This document shows, piece after piece, positions 25,065-31,962 of a DNA stretch of 31,962 nucleotides; the stretch's first letter is position 1; each line of letters begins with the position of its first letter. The position numbers and the translations under genes are program-made. Under the pieces are notes generated by a model. It did not search any database. It was not told the DNA's origin and saw only the letters and a program-made list of their open reading frames with translations. Origin of the DNA: Moorena sp. SIO3A5 (GTDB lineage: Bacteria > Cyanobacteriota > Cyanobacteriia > Cyanobacteriales > Coleofasciculaceae); contig NZ_JAAHHD010000019.1 in the NCBI RefSeq assembly GCF_010672205.1, forward strand, positions 1-31,962, written 5' to 3'.

Positions 25065-27035
25065 ATGTCACAACCCACTATAGAATCAATCCTTCAAGAA
25101 GAACGGCTGTTCCCGCCACCGACTGACTTTTCTGAGAATGCCCAGATTAAGAGCATGGCGGAGTATCAGCAACTGTATGAACAAGCCAAAGCTGACCCCC
25201 AAGGGTTTTGGGCCCAGCTTGCAGACCAAGAACTAGACTGGTTTCAAAAGTGGGATACGGTATTAGATTGGCAACCCCCCTTTGCCAAGTGGTTTGTTGG
25301 TGGAAAGATTAATATTTCTTACAACTGTCTTGACAGACACCTCACTACCTGGCGTCGGAATAAAGCTGCCCTGATTTGGGAAGGGGAACCGGGAGACTCC
25401 CGCACCCTAACCTATGCCCAGTTACACCGGGAAGTTTGCCAGATGGCAAATGTGATCAAACAACTGGGAGTGAAAAAAGGCGATCGCGTTGGCATTTATA
25501 TGCCCATGATTCCGGAAGCTGCCATTGCCATGCTGGCCTGTGCTAGAATTGGTGCTCCCCACACGGTTGTTTTTGGTGGCTTTAGTGCTGAAGCCCTAAA
25601 AGACCGACTGGTAGATGCTCAAGCTAAATTAGTAATTACTGCTGATGGGGGCTGGCGCAAAGACAAGATTGTTCCTCTCAAGATCCAAGTTGATAAAGCC
25701 CTAGAGAATAATGGCGCACCTACTGTAGAAAACGTCCTAGTGGTAGAACGCACCAAGCAAGGGATTGACATGGAACCAGGACGAGACCACTGGTGGCATG
25801 ACTTGCAACCGGGAGCATCTGCGGATTGTCCAGCGGAACCCATGGATAGTGAAGATATGCTCTTCATTCTCTACACTAGCGGTACCACCGGTAAACCGAA
25901 AGGGGTCGTTCACACTACTGGTGGCTATAACCTCTACACCCACATGACTACCAAGTGGACCTTTGACCTCAAAGAGACCGATGTCTACTGGTGTACTGCT
26001 GATGTTGGCTGGATTACCGGACACAGTTACATTGTCTATGGTCCATTGTCCAATGGTGCTACTAGCCTGATGTACGAAGGGGCTCCCCGTCCTTCCAATC
26101 CCGGTTGCTTGTGGGATGTGGTAGAAAAATATGGAGTCACTATCTTCTACACTGCGCCCACTGCGATTCGTGCCTTTATTAAGATGGGAGACCAGCATCC
26201 CAACGCCCGTGATTTATCGTCCCTACGTATCCTAGGAACTGTCGGTGAACCGATTAACCCAGAAGCCTGGATGTGGTACCATCGAGTGATTGGGGGAGAA
26301 CGTTGTCCCATTGTCGATACGTGGTGGCAAACTGAAACCGGAGGCTTCATGCTCACCCCCTTACCCGGTGCTACTCCCACTAAACCCGGTTCCGCTACCT
26401 TCCCCTTCCCAGGCATTATTGCTGATATTGTAGATTTAGACGGCAATCCAGTTGGGGACAATGATGGTGGTTATTTAGTTATCAAACATCCTTGGCCAAG
26501 TATGATCCGTACTGTCTATGGCAATGATGACCGTTTCCGCCGCACCTATTGGGAACATATCCAGCCAAAAGATGGCCAATACTTCTATTTTGCTGGAGAT
26601 GGTGCCAGACAAGACCCCGATGGCTATTTCTGGGTTATGGGTCGTGTCGATGATGTGTTGAATATCTCTGGTCACCGCTTAGGAACCATGGAAGTGGAGT
26701 CAGCACTGGTTTCTCATCCTTCTGTAGCTGAAGCAGCTGTAGTCGGTAAACCTGATGAGCTAAAAGGGGAAGATGTCTTTGCCTTTGTGACCTTAGAAGG
26801 CAGTTATAGCGCTAGTGACGAACTCAAGCAAGAACTAAAGCAGCACGTAGTCAAAGAAATTGGTGCGATCGCACGTCCTGGTGACATTCGCTTTACTGAT
26901 GCTTTGCCCAAGACCCGTTCCGGAAAGATTATGCGACGGCTATTGCGATCGCTAGCTGCAGGTCAAGAGGTGGCTGGAGATACCTCCACTCTAGAAGACC
27001 GCAGTGTTTTGGATAAGTTACGGGAAGGGGCTTGA
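25065..27035 (+). CDS. acs: Acetyl-CoA synthetase (AMP-forming), 656 aa
   Basis: The N-terminus matches Acs throughout ([13 protein letters not shown]...[17 protein letters not shown]), as do the AMP-binding motif [12 protein letters not shown] and the C-terminus [14 protein letters not shown]. Confidence 0.95.
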   Translation: MSQPTIESILQEERLFPPPTDFSENAQIKSMAEYQQLYEQAKADPQGFWAQLADQELDWFQKWDTVLDWQPPFAKWFVGGKINISYNCLDRHLTTWRRNKAALIWEGEPGDSRTLTYAQLHREVCQMANVIKQLGVKKGDRVGIYMPMIPEAAIAMLACARIGAPHTVVFGGFSAEALKDRLVDAQAKLVITADGGWRKDKIVPLKIQVDKALENNGAPTVENVLVVERTKQGIDMEPGRDHWWHDLQPGASADCPAEPMDSEDMLFILYTSGTTGKPKGVVHTTGGYNLYTHMTTKWTFDLKETDVYWCTADVGWITGHSYIVYGPLSNGATSLMYEGAPRPSNPGCLWDVVEKYGVTIFYTAPTAIRAFIKMGDQHPNARDLSSLRILGTVGEPINPEAWMWYHRVIGGERCPIVDTWWQTETGGFMLTPLPGATPTKPGSATFPFPGIIADIVDLDGNPVGDNDGGYLVIKHPWPSMIRTVYGNDDRFRRTYWEHIQPKDGQYFYFAGDGARQDPDGYFWVMGRVDDVLNISGHRLGTMEVESALVSHPSVAEAAVVGKPDELKGEDVFAFVTLEGSYSASDELKQELKQHVVKEIGAIARPGDIRFTDALPKTRSGKIMRRLLRSLAAGQEVAGDTSTLEDRSVLDKLREGA

Positions 27036-27080
27036 AAACCAGGCTTCAGGTAAGCAGTCAGCTATCAGCTATCAGCTTAT

Positions 27081-27126
27081 ACAAGACTTAAGCAGCCAAT
27101 CTATATGTAGGCTGTCTAAGTCTTGT
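27081..27126. terminator. Inverted repeat ACAAGACTTAAGCAG ... CTGTCTAAGTCTTGT between convergent genes
   Basis: It has a 15-bp stem with one mismatch, lies between the acs stop and the SDR stop, and has no strong T-run. Confidence 0.35.
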
Positions 27127-27140
27127 TCATATCGGAAAAG

Positions 27141-27749
27141 TTAATCAGGAAATTTGTCTTTTAAAGCTTGATCAAACCCTTGATCAAAGGTTTGTATACT
27201 AGATCTAAAGAAGCCAAAATCCAAAACTTTTCTCCAAAATCCTTTTCTGTTGCTTGTTGTCTGTTGCCTGTTTGCTATTTCTCCAAAACTTTTTCTTCTA
27301 GATAAAGGAGCTGCTATCAGTAACATCTTCGACCGTAGGGAAGGAAAGAAACGCTGACACCACACAGTTAAATGACTTTGCCATCCCACTAAAATTTCCG
27401 ATGAGTTCTTCTCCAGTTTGGCGACTAGCACCTTGGCGACTTGTTGGGGAGTCATCGGCAACACCCAGCGAAACAACTGTAATCCTCGCGCCATATCAGT
27501 ATCTGTTAACGATGGCAGTAAAGCAATTACCCGAATATTTTGTGGCGCTAACTCCCCTCGTAAGGCTTGGGTAAAACCAACAATGCCAAATTTGGTAGCT
27601 GAATAGCTTGCCATCGTCGGTGCTGCTACTTTACCCATCAAACTAGAAACATTTACAATAGTGCCTTCTCGTCGTGCTGCCATGCGTCGCCCAATTAGAC
27701 GAGTCATCGTGTACATACCCATTAAATTTGTGGCGATTTCTTCCTTTGA
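27141..27749 (-). pseudogene. Short-chain dehydrogenase/reductase (SDR), C-terminal fragment
   Basis: It carries the SDR catalytic region (GTIVNVSS...YSATKFGIVGFTQALRGELAPQNIRVIALLPSLTDTDM). It has no Rossmann N-terminus of its own. It continues the fragment at 29103..29444 across the IS insertion. Confidence 0.7.
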
Positions 27750-29135
27750 CATCCTCCCCGGCATGAATGCGCGGGGATTCCAAACCTCACGATTTGGGTT
27801 TCCTCTTTCTGTTTCTTCGAGCTGGTTTACTTGGTTGAGTTTCCCCACTCAAGTAGTGACCAATCTCTCCAGAGGCGTTAATTTCCGTCTGCCCGACGGT
27901 ATTTGATAGCTGTTTAAGTGCAGATTTAAGAATGTTGTTCGCGTAGCGTCGGCTTCGCCGAATCGCAGCGTTATGATCCCGATCTGCTAGATACCCACAG
28001 TGAGGACACTCATGAGTTCTAGTGCTAAGAGTTTTGATAACTTTCTCCCCACAATTCGAGCAATTCTGGGAAGTATATGCAGGCTCAACAGCAATAACTG
28101 GAACTCCATAAATTCTGCCAAAATACTCTAACCATTCCCTAAATCTGTACCAAGCAGCATCCGAAATCGATTTAGCTAGTTTGTGGTTCTTAACCATGTT
28201 GCGTATCCGTAGGTTTTCAATCGCAACCAAGTCGTGAGACCGGATGACGTGTTGAGCTAATTTACAAACCCAATCGTTACGTCTGCGTGACACCTTTAGA
28301 TGTGCTCTACCTAATCGGTTTCTGGCTTTTTTTCGGTTTTGACTTCCTTTTTGGGTTCGAGATAATCGACGTTGCAGCTTCTTGATTCTACGTTCGTCAC
28401 TCCTGAGAAACCGAGGATTGTCTATCTGTTCGCCAAATGAATCAGTGTAGAAAAAGTTAAGACCTACATCTAGCCCGGTCTGTTTTCCTGTTAGCTCTTT
28501 TGTCTCCTCTCTAGTCTGGTCGATCAAAAATTGTGCGTAATACCCATCATGCCTTCTAATCACTCTTACTCGTTTAATTTGTTTGAGTTGATAGAAGTGG
28601 AGATCTCGACTCCCCCAAAGTTTGAACGTACCCGATTTAAACTTGTCTGAAAAGGTTAAATAACGCCTATCTTCAGAGAGTTTCCATCCGGAAGTCTTGT
28701 ATTCGACAGATGCTCGAACTTGGTATTTCTTAAACTTTGGGAAACCTTTCTTGCCAGGTATCTTTTGCTTGCAATTTCGATAGAACCGTTCAATTGATGC
28801 CCAGGCTCTTTCCGCGTGCGCCTGTCGAGCCATCGAGTTGAGCTTGCTTACCCAGGGGAACTCTGGGTTGTCTGATAGCACTTTGCAGTAGCTATAGGCA
28901 TCGTTGCGACTTTTGATTTGACCATCCATCCACGCTCTGACAATGCTGTTGCGAACAAACAACCCTGTACGGATAGCTTCATCAAGCCGACCATACTGGG
29001 ATTCCGTTCCTTGCAGCTTCATTTCGTAGATGATCATGATTATCGCTATTGCTCACGATAAATATGATAGCACAAAGTTAACCGTCCTAGAAGGACGGGG
29101 CTTTAGACCCGCTTTTTTTTTGGTAAATTTTGCAG
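27750..29135 (-). mobile_element. IS200/IS605-family tnpB-only insertion splitting the SDR gene
   Basis: The tnpB ORF together with a subterminal hairpin (CCGTCCT-aga-AGGACGG, 29082..29098) lies between the two SDR fragments. The boundaries are approximate. Confidence 0.55.
27787..29037 (-). CDS. tnpB: TnpB (OrfB) RNA-guided endonuclease, second divergent copy, 416 aa
   Basis: The N-terminus MIIYEMKLQGTESQYGRLDEAIRTG is followed by GLDVGLNFFYTDSFGE and AIENLRIRNM and by a zinc finger CSNCG...CPHCG. It is clearly a different lineage from the copy at 23706. Confidence 0.9.
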   Translation of the reverse strand: MIIYEMKLQGTESQYGRLDEAIRTGLFVRNSIVRAWMDGQIKSRNDAYSYCKVLSDNPEFPWVSKLNSMARQAHAERAWASIERFYRNCKQKIPGKKGFPKFKKYQVRASVEYKTSGWKLSEDRRYLTFSDKFKSGTFKLWGSRDLHFYQLKQIKRVRVIRRHDGYYAQFLIDQTREETKELTGKQTGLDVGLNFFYTDSFGEQIDNPRFLRSDERRIKKLQRRLSRTQKGSQNRKKARNRLGRAHLKVSRRRNDWVCKLAQHVIRSHDLVAIENLRIRNMVKNHKLAKSISDAAWYRFREWLEYFGRIYGVPVIAVEPAYTSQNCSNCGEKVIKTLSTRTHECPHCGYLADRDHNAAIRRSRRYANNILKSALKQLSNTVGQTEINASGEIGHYLSGETQPSKPARRNRKRKPKS

Positions 29136-29444
29136 TTTGGATTCTAGAAAAGGAGCTTGATGAGCAACGCCAGCACAGTTAACCAACAAATCAATTGGTC
29201 CGTAACTTCGCCAAGCTCGTGCGATTGCAATATTGACTTCTACTATTTGGGTTAGATCTAAAACGAGCGTCACAACTAGTACCCCTTGTCGTTCAATCTC
29301 AGCCGCCACTTCTGCTAAACGTTGGCGATTTCGTGCCACCAACAGTAAGCGTCTTATTCCTTGTTGGGCTAACTCCAGAGCGATCGCTCTGCCAATACCA
29401 CGAGAGGCTCCGGTCACCAGAGCCGTTTTTCCCTGAATCTTCAT
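29103..29444 (-). pseudogene. SDR N-terminal fragment (Rossmann fold: TGASRGIG ... NCAGV)
   Basis: The N-terminus MKIQGKTALVTGASRGIGRAIALELAQQG is present. SDR similarity ends near FLESKLQ, and the tail NLPKKKRV* is read-through into the IS end. Confidence 0.7.
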
Positions 29445-30142
29445 TTGCTACAATGCCTATAGTTGAAAATAAGTAAAAGTTAAAAACAAGCAAGCATCCG
29501 ATGCTAATATGCGTCGCTAAACCCACTGAGACTGAACTTAGCAACAGTAAAATTAGTCACCGTGAAGTTAGCCACCGTGAAAATTTGCTCCCACGCAACG
29601 GTTATCCGTAGGCAGTGCAAGATTGGTAAAGACTACCTACAAATAATTGATGGCAACAGCCTTCTCCCCGACCTTAGCTATCGGACTATTGGCTAAGGGA
29701 GTCAGAAAAGCGGCAATTTGCCATTCAGTCTGGTGGATAACTGGTTAAGATATTTCTCGCCGGTTTGTTGCGGAAACTTGGTAAGAATCGGTGGTCGAAA
29801 TATCCTTCAAATCATTCTGGCATCAGTTAATCAATCCGTAGCCAGAATGGGTGTTGATGTAGAGCATGGTTGGTACCCTCCTTGAAATGAGTATTAACCA
29901 GAAACTAAGCCATAAGCCTACAGTAACAACAGCAACTCTCAACTGCAACATATATTAACATAAAACTATTGTTTTTTACATTTATATACGAAAAATTCAT
30001 ACATCAATTAGGATTAAACAGTTATTTCATATTGGTTCAATCTCTTATCAAATATAGGATTGAGTCGTTTTATTCCTGAATTTTGTTTTTTTGTTCAATA
30101 AGAAAAAATATGAGAAAATTAACAAAGTGTTCAGGTAGATAG

Positions 30143-30254
30143 AAAAAATCCGCTCATCCTAGACCTGGCTAGTCGTGGGATCAGCGGGTCATTTTATTCA
30201 AGTAGATTAAAAATTTCCGCTCATCCTAGACCTGGCTAGTCGTGGGATGAGCGG
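30143..30254 (-). terminator. Two tandem copies of a hairpin (CCGCTCATCC-N17-GGGAT(C/G)AGCGG), each followed on the minus strand by a T-run
   Basis: The copies are at 30150..30187 and 30217..30254, with 10-bp stems. On the minus strand they are followed by TTTTTT and ATTTTT, about 150-250 nt downstream of the frr stop. Confidence 0.6.
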
Positions 30255-30401
30255 TTCATTGTCAGATAAGTGTTAAATAACTAGTAAGTACACAAGTACA
30301 ACAATTACACACAACTGTGAATGCCGATAGAGGGAAGAGTTGCCAAAATGAACTCACCCCCCACCAAGAATAGCATTACACAGTAGCATTACATAGTAGC
30401 A

Positions 30402-31734
<1,333 letters not shown>

Positions 31735-31962
31735 TCATAGCTGAACCCTTATCGCTGATCGCTGATTTTTAATCCCAGCTTAAGGATTATTAGAGGTCTA
31801 ACCGCTGGAAACCCCGTCTCTTTAAAGCGGGTATCAAAGTGAACAGCGCGCTTTTAGCCGTGAAAAGATTTCCTAGAAGATTCCGGAATCATCGTCAAAA
31901 CCAATGTATAATAAATTATAGAGTACAGGCTGCAAAACCGTTGGCTCAACCGGGGTAGAGAC

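Noticed and set aside
25619-26675. Several minus-strand ORFs (82-153 aa) inside acs
   Set aside because: They lie antisense to a high-confidence housekeeping gene. Such ORFs are typical artefacts in GC-balanced coding sequence.
31790-31962. Possible tRNA or structured RNA at the right edge
   Set aside because: I could find no cloverleaf with a T-loop GTTCRA and acceptor stem. The window also ends here.

Overview
This is a chromosomal region of a cyanobacterium. The HIP1 octamer GCGATCGC occurs at least 12 times. STRR-like heptanucleotide tandem arrays (CCATTAC/CCATCAC, CCCCATT/CCCGATT, AGCTGAT/AGCTGAA and others) fill almost every intergenic space, and an NblR-like regulator plus DUF2949 and DUF192 proteins are present. 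The window splits into two parts. From about 0 to 23.5 kb it is a very repeat-rich accessory island. From 23.5 to 32 kb it is core-like and nearly repeat-free, carrying acs, an SDR gene split by an IS, and frr-pyrH on the minus strand. The island holds a P2-like contractile-tail baseplate module in the order W/gp25-like, J-like, I-like, then an H-like tail fibre split over three ORFs. Immediately after the fibre sits a complete diversity-generating retroelement (DGR): avd, the DGR reverse transcriptase and a template repeat. The variable repeat of this DGR lies in the C-terminal FGE-sulfatase/C-type-lectin-fold domain of the last tail-fibre ORF. All 13 TR/VR mismatches are at TR adenines. This looks like a DGR-diversified receptor-binding fibre of a contractile injection system, tailocin or prophage tail, and it is the most interesting system in the window. 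The island also contains a second stand-alone Avd-family four-helix-bundle gene wedged between the J and I genes. It has an orphan Phd/YefM antitoxin, a tandem pair of Rpn-family nuclease genes (one truncated by a heptamer array) and a possible DUF4255-like eCIS component. There are at least five families of MITE-like or hairpin repeats, and a palindromic element whose two arms were each tandemly amplified. Two different IS200/IS605-family tnpB-only elements lie near the island boundary, and one of them splits the SDR gene. Many ORFs in the supplied track are translation artefacts of heptamer arrays (PITHY/LPITYY peptides), of the TR, or of MITE interiors.
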